A DNA stretch of 63,395 bases, the filler included, from Octopus bimaculoides (Eukaryota): NCBI RefSeq assembly GCF_001194135.2. It is 5 parts of 5 records of this genome, joined end to end, with 100 filler letters (N's around TTAATTAATTAA, not from the genome) between each part and the next. Parts side by side here need not be neighbours in the genome. Positions count along the whole stretch, not along the records: positions 1 to 11,951 come from NC_068985.1; 4 more parts are not named here. One strand, 5' to 3'. The notes below the pieces were generated by a model, which worked only from the letters and a program-made list of their open reading frames with translations, did no database searches and was not told the DNA's origin. A program made the translations under genes and the position numbers. Every line of letters begins with the position of its first letter. Position 1 is the first letter of the stretch. Positions 1 to 12,051 of the stretch are shown here, one piece after another.

Positions 1-63
<63 letters not shown>

Positions 64-90
64 CAGACAGACAGACAGATAGAAAGAGAG
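1..90. repeat. (AG)n/(AGAC)n microsatellite
   Basis: Directly visible simple repeat. Confidence 0.95.
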
Positions 91-114
91 TGAGAGATAT
101 ATATGTATGTATAC

Positions 115-232
115 ACGACGGGCTTCTTTCAGTTTCCGAGTACGAAATCCACTCTGAAGACTTTGGTCGGCCCAAGGCTATTGGTAGCAGACATTGCCCA
201 AGTTGCCACGCAGTGGGAATGAACCGGGAAAC
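115..232 (-). mobile_element. SINE family D, 5' (tRNA-like head) fragment
   Basis: acgacgggcttctttcagtttcc...gcagtgggaatgaacc matches the many other copies in the window (e.g. 4150-4315, 49930-50085). Confidence 0.75.
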
Positions 233-779
233 TAGTGTTTGGCATATTAAGAGATACATATACATCCATATGTACAGACACATGCGTACAGACAAGTATA
301 CATACACACGCATATATGTATCAATAAATACATGTGTTTGTGTGTGTATATGTGTGTGTGTGCTTGTGTGTGAGCGTGCGCGCGCGCATGTGTATGTATT
401 TGGCTCCGTGCAAATCTATAACTGTTAGTTTGTATGCATGTATGTGTGTGTGCGAAGCGTTCTTCCTTCACATCTGTGATATATGTTTTGGCTAGATTCC
501 CACACCTGTCAGTCATATCGACTCGTGAAGTTCCGGTTTCGAATCCAAAATACCCTCCCCAACCTTCACATCATCCAACTTTAACACCCCACCTCCATCA
601 TCTGAAATCGCCCCCACCCCTTACCTCTTCTAATGTGATTTTTACATTTTCGTAACAGACGAATATTTCCTCGAATACACTTCGATCACTTTGGCAAAGG
701 AAAGGACACGGTGTATGATGTATCCATAAGAGTCAGACTGGTGGTCATGGTCGGAATGCCTTTGCTTCAGTTTAGTCAA

Positions 780-841
780 AGTAACAACAATAACAATAAC
801 AACACTCATCGTTATCACCACAAACTACGTAACTGCTAGCT

Positions 842-874
<33 letters not shown>

Positions 875-1111
875 CCATCTCCACCACGGCTACCTCCGAC
901 TACCACCACCATCGCCTTATTACCACTGACACTGACACGATGACCACCATCACCACCACCACCACCATCACCATAACTACAACCGATTCTCTCCCCCCCC
1001 CCAACACATTACCACCACCGTTCTAGTTACCACTACCGTCATTACCGCCACAAATTCTACCCCCTCCCCCACCGCCAACACCATCATCACCAGCACCATC
1101 TGCAAGAACGC
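780..1111. repeat. (ACC)n/(ATC)n/(AAC)n degenerate trinucleotide array running into an N gap
   Basis: Directly visible; a similar array resumes at 1700-1855 after the gap. Confidence 0.9.
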
Positions 1112-1854
1112 NNNNNNNNNNNNNNNNNNNNNNNNNNNNNNNNNNNNNNNNNNNNNNNNNNNNNNNNNNNNNNNNNNNNNNNNNNNNNNNNNNNNNNNNN
1201 NNNNNNNNNNNNNNNNNNNNNNNNNNNNNNNNNNNNNNNNNNNNNNNNNNNNNNNNNNNNNNNNNNNNNNNNNNNNNNNNNNNNNNNNNNNNNNNNNNNN
1301 NNNNNNNNNNNNNNNNNNNNNNNNNNNNNNNNNNNNNNNNNNNNNNNNNNNNNNNNNNNNNNNNNNNNNNNNNNNNNNNNNNNNNNNNNNNNNNNNNNNN
1401 NNNNNNNNNNNNNNNNNNNNNNNNNNNNNNNNNNNNNNNNNNNNNNNNNNNNNNNNNNNNNNNNNNNNNNNNNNNNNNNNNNNNNNNNNNNNNNNNNNNN
1501 NNNNNNNNNNNNNNNNNNNNNNNNNNNNNNNNNNNNNNNNNNNNNNNNNNNNNNNNNNNNNNNNNNNNNNNNNNNNNNNNNNNNNNNNNNNNNNNNNNNN
1601 NNNNNNNNNNNNNNNNNNNNNNNNNNNNNNNNNNNNNNNNNNNNNNNNNNNNNNNNNNNNNNNNNNNNNNNNNNNNNNNNNNNNNNGTTCTGCTTCATTT
1701 ACAGCCACCACAACCATTACCCCCACCACCATCACCTCCTCCACCACGACTGTCATCGTCGTCGTCGTCGTCGTCGTAGTCGTAGTTGTCATCGTCATCG
1801 TCACCAACATCAGCGCCATCATGATGTGGAACATCATGATAACCAACAGCACAA

Positions 1855-1984
1855 CCATGTGTATTGTGTGTGTGTGTGTGTGTATGTGTGTGTGTGTTTG
1901 TGTAAGTGTGTGTTTGTGTGTATGTATTTGTGTGTGTGTGTAAGTGTGTGTTTGTGTGTATGTATTTGTGTGTGTGTGTTTGTA

Positions 1985-2032
<48 letters not shown>

Positions 2033-2085
2033 TGTGTGTGTATGTATGTGTGTGTTTGTGTATGTGTGTGTCTGTGTATATGTGT
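1855..2085. repeat. (TG)n compound microsatellite
   Basis: Directly visible; source of the spurious CVCVCV/HTHTHT ORFs. Confidence 0.95.
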
Positions 2086-2412
2086 ACGACTGGCAATCCA
2101 TCGGTTACGACGATGTGGTTTCCAGTTGACCTGATCAGCGGAACAACCTGCTCATGAAATTAACATGTAAGTGGCTGAGAACCCCACAGACACTCGCACC
2201 TTTAACGTAGTTCTCAGGGAGATTCAGCGTGACACAGAATCTGATAATTCTGGCCCTATCAAATACAGGAACAACTCATTTTTGCCAGCTGGGTGGACTG
2301 GAGCAATGTGAAATGAAGTGTCTTGCTCAAGGACACAACGCGTCGCCGGGAATTGAACACACGACCTTACGATCGTGAGCCAAATACCTTAACCAATAAG
2401 CTCCGCACCTTC
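2086..2412 (-). mobile_element. Mosaic SINE: family-B-like head and central module plus family-C tail
   Basis: 2086-2260 matches the tail of the copies at 33427/34042; 2290-2412 matches the head region of the copy at 26935-27070. Confidence 0.7.
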
Positions 2413-2417
2413 ATGAA

Positions 2418-2450
<33 letters not shown>

Positions 2451-3489
2451 CATTGAGAATGGCTAAAGAACCAGAAACAACAGTTTAGACAGAGTAACAA
2501 CAACAATAACAATAACATTCATCATTATCACCACAATGATTTTATTCAAGCCACAAGGGTTAAGCAAAAAAGGGGACAATACACGGGACAAATGGGGTCG
2601 GGGGCCTATCGAATGATATTATATTACATATATGAATAAATACATTATAATTTCGGATGAAAATGAAAAGAAAATCAATGGACGTGGAATGGGTCTGACT
2701 CCACCAACCACATTCCTACGTTGAACCGTCTACTTCGTCCCTTTTTTTCACCCCGCTTAATTAGGCACTTAGATACCCAACATTCAGGCTACTTTCTTCC
2801 ATCTTCTTTCGTACTTTTTTTCATGTCAGGCATTTCTTCTCCAGGGATGCTTTCCCCCTCAGGTGATATAAAAAGGAGTTAATCGAAGCATGCCCGGAAA
2901 CGAAGGTGCCTGATGCGATACCTCTTGCACGCGTCTTCGATATCACCTCTTTCGCAAACTTCATCAGTACCATCTCCACCACCACCACCACCACCACCAC
3001 CACCACAACCACCACCACTGCCACCACCATCATTAACAGCAATAACCCAATATCAGGCAAGATCGGGCAGAGATGGAGTTTTTACACTTTTTACCATAAC
3101 AGTGAACATTTTTTTCTCCCCGATTACAGCAGTGAAATAAACTTTAGAAATTATTTTAACACACCTGAAGTTTGTGTATGCTTAAACATTGCTTGGTGCT
3201 AATACTGCTGATTTCTGTTCTTCTGACTTCGTTATTCGTTTCATTCCACATCTGCAATGAGTTAACTTGAAAATTCCAAACGAAAATGTAACCTTCATTT
3301 AATTAATGTATTCTCAGCCTGATGATTAGCTAAATTGTGTACCTCCTCTTCAATAATTACTACATCAAAGGATCAACTAGTTCGGAAAGATATGTAACCT
3401 GCATTATACTCGTGACACCCCTACAATTTGGATTATACATATATATATATATATATATACACAGTGAGAGAGTGGGAGAGACAGACAGA

Positions 3490-3501
3490 GAAATGGATAG
3501 C

Positions 3502-3573
<72 letters not shown>

Positions 3574-3612
3574 CAGGCAGACAGACAAACAGACAGACAG
3601 ATAGATAGATAA
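3490..3612. repeat. (GATA)n/(GACA)n tetranucleotide microsatellite
   Basis: Directly visible. Confidence 0.95.
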
Positions 3613-3776
3613 ATATAATTAGAAAATCTCTTTAAGAACGAAAGCAGTAACTATACTGTGAAGTAATGTTTATCGCCACATCAACATGGCTGTTGCGTCA
3701 CTACCGTGTTTAACCCCAGGAGGCGGCTTCCTCTTGAGGTTAAAAACGGTACATACATACATACATACACACATAC

Positions 3777-3821
<45 letters not shown>

Positions 3822-3919
3822 TATGTGTGTGTATGTGTATGTATATATATATATATGTATGTATGCATGTATGTATGCATGTATGTATGTATGTATAAAA
3901 TGTGTGTATATGTTGAATC

Positions 3920-4315
3920 TTTTACTCTTTTCAGTCATTAGATTGTGGCCATGATGGGGCACTGCGTTGAAGAATTTTTAGTATAGGCTCCGGTACTTTT
4001 TTTTTTTATCTGCTACTTATTCTACTGGTCTCTTTTGCCGAACCACTATGTTACGGGGACGTAAACACACCACCACCGGTTGTCTAGCGGTGGCGGTGTA
4101 CAAACACAGACACAAAAACACCCACACAGAGATATATATGTATACATATATACGACGGGCTTCTTTCAGTTTCCGTCTGCCAAATCCACTCAGAAGGCTT
4201 TAATCAGCTAGAGGCTAAAATAGAAAACATTTACCCAAATTGCCACGCAGTGGTACTGAACCCGGAGCCATCTGTTCCGGAAGCAAATCTCTTACCACAT
4301 AACCACTCCTGTACA
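3920..4315 (-). mobile_element. SINE family D, near full length, with internal (CA)/(TA) tract
   Basis: Recurrent architecture: ttttactcttttcagtcatt...gccgaacc...gacgggcttctttcagtttcc...tgaacccggagcc...cttaccaca; B-box-like GGTTCAGT on the minus strand. Confidence 0.8.
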
Positions 4316-4843
4316 TGTGCCCGTCATTGTAAACGAGTGATTGGAAAATCACTTTACAGCAGTAATCGATCTGGTAGTCGTTTCTCCTTAAGAAAGCTAT
4401 ACATTGACTACCAGTTTCACCAATTCCACTTCTGCTTAAGAACTAGTAGTCACAAATAGCAAAAATGTAAAATATAGGCGCATGGTAAGATTAAAAATAA
4501 TGTAAATTTGTACGCAAGTTAATTGAATGTGCTCCTTCTAGCTCACTGCGAGACAAACGATGGAGAAACTAGCGAGAGGCATGAAATACGAAAGGAGTTT
4601 GGTGTTGAGTCAAACGAGTCCTCATCTATAAAACTGCCCGCGAGTCAGAGGGACAGCATAGGTAGATTCTGTTGATAGCTTAACGCTCTCAGACCTGGGT
4701 TCCATTGTCTAACGTTACCCTCTACTTGGGCTCCCTGAACCAAAAAATAAATAGTTGCATATAGAGATCAAAAGTAACGATTGCCGGCAAACAATTGGAC
4801 AGAATCACAAAATAAATAAATAAATAAATAAAAAAAAGGAAAA

Positions 4844-4902
<59 letters not shown>

Positions 4903-5138
4903 GAAGGAAGAAAGAAAGCGAAAATAAATCAGTAGATTAAGCCTGTCTCTCAGTTACCATATCTGTTCATTGCAAGTGAATAACAGTAATACGTCTATCT
5001 CTCAACTACCGTATTTGTTCACCCGAATCGTCACTTTCCTCTTCCCTTTCACCAGTTTCATTGTCCGAAACACTCTCATTGCTTGCATATGTGTAAACTC
5101 TTCGTCCGAAGAATGAATATCATCAATAATTTGTATGT

Positions 5139-5323
5139 ATGTATGGAAAACCAGTTAATGACTTCCGGGTTATAGATCTTAAAAGAGAAGCTGGACAAAC
5201 GAGGCCTTCCCAAGGGTGGCAGGAGACCTCAACTTGTAGATAAACTAAAAGCACAACTTCTTTTGGAGAAACTTCAAAGTTTATCAGTCGATGAAGAAGG
5301 AACTGTTCCCAATTCCCCAACTG
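5139..5323 (+). pseudogene. ACIN1: Acinus-like SAP-domain fragment with a +1 frameshift in an AAAA run (5181-5184)
   Basis: Reads MYGKPVNDFRVIDLK / EKLDKRGLPKGGRRPQLVDKLKAQLLLEKLQSLSVDEEGTVPN. It aligns by eye with the recalled ACIN1 N-terminus [44 protein letters not shown], including the GKP start and the LxLExLQ tail after the SAP helices. No other Acinus sequence is seen nearby. Confidence 0.65.
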
Positions 5324-5539
5324 CAAAGAGTCTAGTCCTTGTTCTACAATTTTCCTCAACTTCAAAGAGTCTAGTCCTTGTTCTACAAATTTCCTCAACT
5401 ACAAAGAGTCTAGCCCTTGTTCTACAAATTTCCTCAACTACAAAGAGTCTAGGCCTTGTTCTACAAATTTCCTCAACTACAAAGAGTTTAGACCTTGTTC
5501 TACAATTTTCCTCGACTACAAAGAGTCTAGGCGTTGTTC
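5324..5539. repeat. 39-bp tandem repeat, about 5.5 copies
   Basis: Unit caaagagtctagNccttgttctacaa(a/t)tttcctcaacta starts at 5324, 5363, 5402, 5441, 5480 and 5519. Confidence 0.95.
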
Positions 5540-6330
5540 GTTTACAAAACGAAGTTCTGGGTTCATCACATTCTCGTTTCATCATAAAATCGGTCCCCCA
5601 CCACCAAAGTAAACAACAGCTATGGAGGACACCATCAACAATGAGTCATAAGTATACTTGACAACAAAGCTGCAAAGTAATCAGCTGTCTTTTTTAAGTA
5701 TTTTAATCTTCTTTTTCTACAGCTGTTGTTCATTGCCACTCTACCAGAAATCCGGTAGAGATTTCGTTTACGCTATTTCCGTTATACGGGGAACTCGGCA
5801 CGATAGGGTTAAAAAGCATTTTCCTCCATCCCTCATGCACGGACACAATGGTCACTATGCCTTGCTATATTTCTGGTCTATGTTATTTAAATACTATATA
5901 CGCTATACGCAGCAATCACTAAGAACTGAAGAAACTATTACATTCACAAACAGAATCAGGCTATTGACTGGAGCTATTCTAGGGTGATAGATCTTTTTTT
6001 TCTGTAATGGCGTATGATTTGGTAGTGAAACCTTTGTCAGCACTTTTGAGAAATTGCCAAGGTTAGATGGTAAAATCTGCACAGAAGCGGAAAATTAATG
6101 TCAGCCAAACATTTAATTTTTTGCCTGATGACCTTATGCTGTATTTAGGTTAAAATCCCAACATTCTCACAACATGTAATAATGGAGTTAGTCAGGATAA
6201 TTGTTCATAATTTTATCATCAAGTGAGGAAAGGCTGATTGCTAAAGTAGGAATATGAATATGAAATGCTGGTTTCTTTCCTCTGTGTCTTCAAGTATCTC
6301 GGAGTTGATGAGGTTATTATTTCATAGATG

Positions 6331-6868
6331 TTAGCGTAAGAAAAAAATTTGCAGGTTCTCAAGTCAGAACTGTCTACATTTAATAAAACCGCATCCCATA
6401 AATATTTTATAGGGCCTGTACCATTACCAATGTTTGGTTAGCGTTAGAAAAAAGTTTGCAGGTACTCAAGTCAGAACTATCTACATTTAATGAAACCGCA
6501 CCCCATAAATATTTTATAGGGCCTGTACCATTACCTATGTTTGGTTAGCGTTAGAAAAAAATTGCAGGTACTCAAGTCAGAACTATCTACATTTAAAATA
6601 ACCGCATCCCATAAATATTTTATAGGGCATGTACCATTACCTATGTTTGGTTAGCGTTAGAAAAAAATTTGCAGGTACTCAAGTTAGAACTATCTACATT
6701 TAAAAGAACCGCATCCCATAAATATTTTATAGGGCCTGTACCATTACCTATGTTTGGCTAGCGTTAGAAAAAAATTTGCAGGTACTCAAGTTAGAACTAT
6801 CTACATTTAAAAAAACCGCATCCCATAAATATTTTATAGGGCCTGTACCATTACCTATGTTTGGTTAG
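6331..6868. repeat. ~107-bp minisatellite, 5 copies
   Basis: Units start (t/c)tagcgt at 6331, 6438, 6545, 6651 and 6758; a partial sixth start is at 6865; units are highly similar. Confidence 0.95.
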
Positions 6869-6871
6869 TAA

Positions 6872-7090
6872 TGAGCTAACGAGCTGGCAGAATAGTTATC
6901 GCGCCGGGGAAAAATACTTAGAAGTCTCTCGTCCGTCCTTACGCTCCTAGTTCAAATTCCGCTGAGGTCGACTTTGTCTTTCATCCCTTCAGAGACGATA
7001 AAATAAGTACCAGTCGAGCACTGAGGTCAATGCAATCGATTTGAACCCTCCACCCTGAAATTACCGGTGTTGCGCCAAAATTTGAAACCA
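6872..7090 (+). mobile_element. SINE family A (tRNA-derived)
   Basis: gagctggcagaatagtta A-box-like head, gttcaaattcc B box, aaataagtaccag body; matches 62315-62516. Confidence 0.8.
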
Positions 7091-7109
7091 TGTGAGTGTC
7101 ATGTGTAAA

Positions 7110-7278
7110 ACTGGCAAAATGAGAACATGGTGAACCGATGGACATCTTACATACAGTCGTGTATTCCGCCTACAGATCCTTACTTGTGCCTGTCATTACA
7201 GATGCACTGGGCTACTTAACACGAGAGCTACACAAAGGCCTAGAAATATTGGGGTTCTCTAAGAAGGAACAAAACTAA
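7110..7278 (+). mobile_element. R4/Dong-like (restriction-like endonuclease) non-LTR retrotransposon, C-terminal remnant
   Basis: Translates LVPVITDALGYLTRELHKGLEILGFSKKEQ, matching the xPVIxGALG motif and the copy at 13536-13780. Confidence 0.55.
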
Positions 7279-7334
7279 TTTATTATCATCTCCCCAGATC
7301 CAATCGATTAAGGGTACGGTGAAGATTTCTTTTG

Positions 7335-7760
7335 TTTTATCTTTTACTCGTTTCACTCGTTGGACTGCGGCCACACTGGAGCACCGCCTTGAAGCGTTTA
7401 GCCGAGAATATCGACGCCAGTACTTAATTTTAAAGTTTGGTACTTAGTCCATAGGCTTCTTTTGCCGAACCGCTATGTTACAAGGACGCAAACAAACCAG
7501 CACCGGCTGGGAAGTGGTGGTTGTGTGGGTGGTGGTGAACTGACACAAAACAGACACAACACGCGCGAGTCACACACACACATACGTGCACACACACACA
7601 CGCGTGTGTCTTTTTTTGTTGTTGTTTCTTTTTGCCAAACCATTTACAAGGCTTGGTTGGCCCCAGACTACAGCAGAAAACACTTGCCCAAGGTGCCGCG
7701 TAGTGAGTCTGAACCCAAGAACGCATTGCTGAGAACCAAACCCCTTCATAACACAGCCAT
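7335..7760 (-). mobile_element. SINE family D
   Basis: Same modules as 3920-4315. Confidence 0.75.
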
Positions 7761-8911
7761 TTCTACACCTCTCTGTCAAACCATTGTGACAATTTGTGTT
7801 TCATATACGCATTGTCTCATAACGGTGCATAGCATAGGAGTGCATACATAAAGAGTAATTACAGAAACCCGTGTACTAAACAGAGGCTCTCTTTTATCTT
7901 TTCTCTTTTATTTGTTTCAGTTATTAGACTGCGGTCATGCTGGGGCATCGCCTTGAAGGATTTAGTCGAAGAAATCGGCCCCAGTATATTTTTTAAAAAT
8001 CTGCTATTTACTTTATCAGGTTCTTTTTACCGAACCGTTTATTCACGGGATAGCGTAAGCAAACCAACACCGGTTGTCAACCGGCCGTAGGGGACAAAAA
8101 CACACAAATACATATACATACATACATACATATATACGTAGGACCACGCATATTTAATATAGTCAGTTGAAAAGATTCAAATAATAATTATTATCATTTT
8201 AATTGGGGAGTAAAGTATCTTCATTTATCTTTCATTCGATGTTTATATCTATCCTCTATATATTATCGGCTAAAATCTATAGATATATTGAGTACAGTAT
8301 TGAAGTTAATCGCTCTTGATGTGCCAGAAATGTTTTACTCGAATTTTCTGCACAAAATGCGTTTTGCATGCAAATTAGTGTATTCTATTTAAATCAGAAC
8401 TTAATATATAAGCAATATTTCCATGGAAATGAAAATACTCACTCTATGATGAAATCCCAAAACACTTCATACATATTTTTTTGTCCATATAGCATTGCAT
8501 TGAAAGACAAGATGTTTAAATATGTTTATTGCACACAGTGCTGTCTGAAATTTGTTGATGTAATTTGTCCTACAGCATACCAAAGTAACAAAACACTTTC
8601 AACGCACAAGAAATTTATATCTAACTACCTAGCAATCTGTCTACCTATGTAACTATATACATGCCTACAAATCTAGCCATCTGTCTGATGTCGATCTGTC
8701 TTTCTGCCTATCTGCCTGTCTACCTGCTTATCTACTAGCAATTTGTCTATTTCTCTGCCTATCCATCAACCTGTCTGTCTATCTATCAGTCTGTCTGATC
8801 GATCAATCTTTCTGTTTGTATATCTGTCGGTTTGACTGTTGGCCAATTTATCTTTGTACTTCTAGTTCTACCTCTCATTTCCCTAGAGACAGATACAAAA
8901 TTACATATATG

Positions 8912-8913
8912 TC

Positions 8914-9000
<87 letters not shown>

Positions 9001-9001
9001 A
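8912..9001. repeat. (TATC)n microsatellite ending at an N gap
   Basis: Directly visible. Confidence 0.95.
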
Positions 9002-9696
9002 NNNNNNNNNNNNNNNNNNNNNNNNNNNNNNNNNNNNNNNNNNNNNNNNNNNNNNNNNNNNNNNNNNNNNNNNNNNNNNNNNNNNNNNNNNNNNNNNNNN
9101 NNNNNNNNNNNNNNNNNNNNNNNNNNNNNNNNNNNNNNNNNNNNNNNNNNNNNNNNNNNNNNNNNNNNNNNNNNNNNNNNNNNNNNNNNNNNNNNNNNNN
9201 NNNNNNNNNNNNNNNNNNNNNNNNNNNNNNNNNNNNNNNNNNNNNNNNNNNNNNNNNNNNNNNNNNNNNNNNNNNNNNNNNNNNNNNNNNNNNNNNNNNN
9301 NNNNNNNNNNNNNNNNNNNNNNNNNNNNNNNNNNNNNNNNNNNNNNNNNNNNNNNNNNNNNNNNNNNNNNNNNNNNNNNNNNNNNNNNNNNNNNNNNNNN
9401 NNNNNNNNNNNNNNNNNNNNNNNNNNNNNNNNNNNNNNNNNNNNNNNNNNNNNNNNNNNNNNNNNNNNNNNNNNNNNNNNNNNNNNNNNNNNNNNNNNNN
9501 NNNNNNNNNNNNNNNNNNNNNNNNNNNNNNNNNNNNNNNNNNNNNNNNNNNNNNNNNNNNNNNNNNNNNNNNNNNNNNNNNNNNNNNNNNNNNNNNNNNN
9601 NNNNNNNNNNNNNNNNNNNNNNNNNNNNNNNNNNNNNNNNNNNNNNNNNNNNNNNNNNNNNNNNNNNNNNNNNNNNNNNNNNNNNNNNNNNNNNNN

Positions 9697-9731
<35 letters not shown>

Positions 9732-10491
9732 TACGCATATAGCAATGAGCCGAGCGAGGACTTTCGTTTCACCTTCCTGTACATGCAATAACTTAAGCAG
9801 CAAAAAAAATATATATATATATACAGAGCGTCTTGAAGTGTGAACTTTAGTGAAATATCTCAAAACGGTGTGTTTATTATCTATATAGAGTTGGAATTTC
9901 TAGGGGATGATAATTCCCACGACGACGCTTATGTCTCATGTTGCATGTACAAATGTAAGTCAAGACTGGCAATAGTTCCTGTGTACTTATCTATCTATTT
10001 TTTTTTTTTAAGACTTTGCATGCAAGTACCTCCAAACATACACATCCACATACTCACAGAAGCATGTGCGTGCATGCGTGCGTGTGTGTGCGTATGTGCG
10101 TGTGTGTGTGTGTGTGTGTGTGTATACAGACATACACACACAAGAACATATATGCATGTATATATGCATATATATATGAATATATATTCACGTACATTCT
10201 TATACACCCACCCGTTATGTAAATAGATACATTTTTATATATAGCATCATATGATACTAGCAATTGTAGTGCACCCCTATAGAGAGCCAGCTGAGTAAGA
10301 CTGGCGTATGTAGATATGTATAGAAATATATACACACATACTTAAGTATAAGCATAAGAATGTATGATTACGTACGTTTATCTTTCTATCTATGAATGTA
10401 TACAAACATATACTTAACTGCACACGCTTATGCAAACATATAGACACACATAAACACACACATAAACACACACATATATGTATATATGTAT

Positions 10492-10524
<33 letters not shown>

Positions 10525-11951
10525 CAGACGGATAGACAGACAGACAGCTAGATATATATATATATATATATATNNNNNNNNNNNNNNNNNNNNNNNNNNN
10601 NNNNNNNNNNNNNNNNNNNNNNNNNNNNNNNNNNNNNNNNNNNNNNNNNNNNNNNNNNNNNNNNNNNNNNNNNNNNNNNNNNNNNNNNNNNNNNNNNNNN
10701 NNNNNNNNNNNNNNNNNNNNNNNNNNNNNNNNNNNNNNNNNNNNNNNNNNNNNNNNNNNNNNNNNNNNNNNNNNNNNNNNNNNNNNNNNNNNNNNNNNNN
10801 NNNNNNNNNNNNNNNNNNNNNNNNNNNNNNNNNNNNNNNNNNNNNNNNNNNNNNNNNNNNNNNNNNNNNNNNNNNNNNNNNNNNNNNNNNNNNNNNNNNN
10901 NNNNNNNNNNNNNNNNNNNNNNNNNNNNNNNNNNNNNNNNNNNNNNNNNNNNNNNNNNNNNNNNNNNNNNNNNNNNNNNNNNNNNNNNNNNNNNNNNNNN
11001 NNNNNNNNNNNNNNNNNNNNNNNNNNNNNNNNNNNNNNNNNNNNNNNNNNNNNNNNNNNNNNNNNNNNNNNNNNNNNNNNNNNNNNNNNNNNNNNNNNNN
11101 NNNNNNNNNNNNNNNNNNNNNNNNNNNNNNNNNNNNNNNNNNNNNNNNNNNNNNNNNNNNNNNNNNNNNNNNNNNNNNNNNNNNNNNNNNNNNNNNNNNN
11201 NNNNNNNNNNNNNNNNNNNNNNNNNNNNNNNNNNNNNNNNNNNNNNNNNNNNNNNNNNNNNNNNNNNNNNNNNNNNNNNNNNNNNNNNNNNNNNNNNNNN
11301 NNNNNNNNNNNNNNNNNNNNNNNNNNNNNNNNNNNNNNNNNNNNNNNNNNNNNNNNNNNNNNNNNNNNNNNNNNNNNNNNNNNNNNNNNNNNNNNNNNNN
11401 NNNNNNNNNNNNNNNNNNNTATATATATATATATATATATATATCAATGCATAAGTGTGAGGTAGAGTTGGTAATGTGTCAGTGTACGTATGTATTAAGA
11501 TGTGGGGCGTAGATGAGCATACTCTCGCGTGGTGGCGCATACACACTTACACACACAAGCATATACACATACACACTGAGGCACACACTCACATCAGCCC
11601 ACATACATACACGTACACTAACATGCACACTCATAGGTAGACAGTCACCTATCACAAATTTACGAGTATATACATGTATATATGTACATATACATATTCA
11701 CACATGTATACGTACATATATATATATATATATACACCACACACACGCATGCACGCACACACATATATGCATAGGTACACGCATACAAACATACATACAT
11801 ACATACATACATACATACATACAAAAATACCCTGTAGTTAATGTTGAAATTCCAATGAAGGAGCCTTAGATCTAGGTTAGAAACCGGCTCTTTCTCTATT
11901 GGCAAGAAATCTTGAAATAAAAGTGAATAATGTTATACACGCATATATATA

Positions 11952-12051
11952 NNNNNNNNNNNNNNNNNNNNNNNNNNNNNNNNNNNNNNNNNNNNTTAAT
12001 TAATTAANNNNNNNNNNNNNNNNNNNNNNNNNNNNNNNNNNNNNNNNNNNN
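11952..12051. other. Artificial scaffold join (44 N + TTAATTAATTAA + 44 N)
   Basis: Exactly 100 bp; the 12-mer at 11996-12007 gives stops in all six frames; an identical construct occurs four times. Confidence 0.95.

Noticed and set aside
90-2157. Long ORFs rich in HT/CV/YI or poly-T/V/D (here and throughout the window)
   Set aside because: They are translations of di-, tri- and tetranucleotide microsatellites, with no domain content or splice support.
5985-6045. Minus-strand ag|t-GCT-GAC (SADKGF...) as the next nAChR exon
   Set aside because: The phase fits, but the frame reads ADKGFTTKSYAITEKKDLSP* with an early stop, no donor and no Cys-loop similarity.
5324-6868. 39-bp and 107-bp arrays as CRISPR
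   Set aside because: Head-to-tail units with no unique spacers, no cas genes, and a eukaryotic context.
8816-11546. 200-340 aa ORFs in the track
   Set aside because: They consist mostly of X from N gaps; the same applies at 12382-13074, 18272-18775, 31443-31994, 37147-37902 and 52184-52864.
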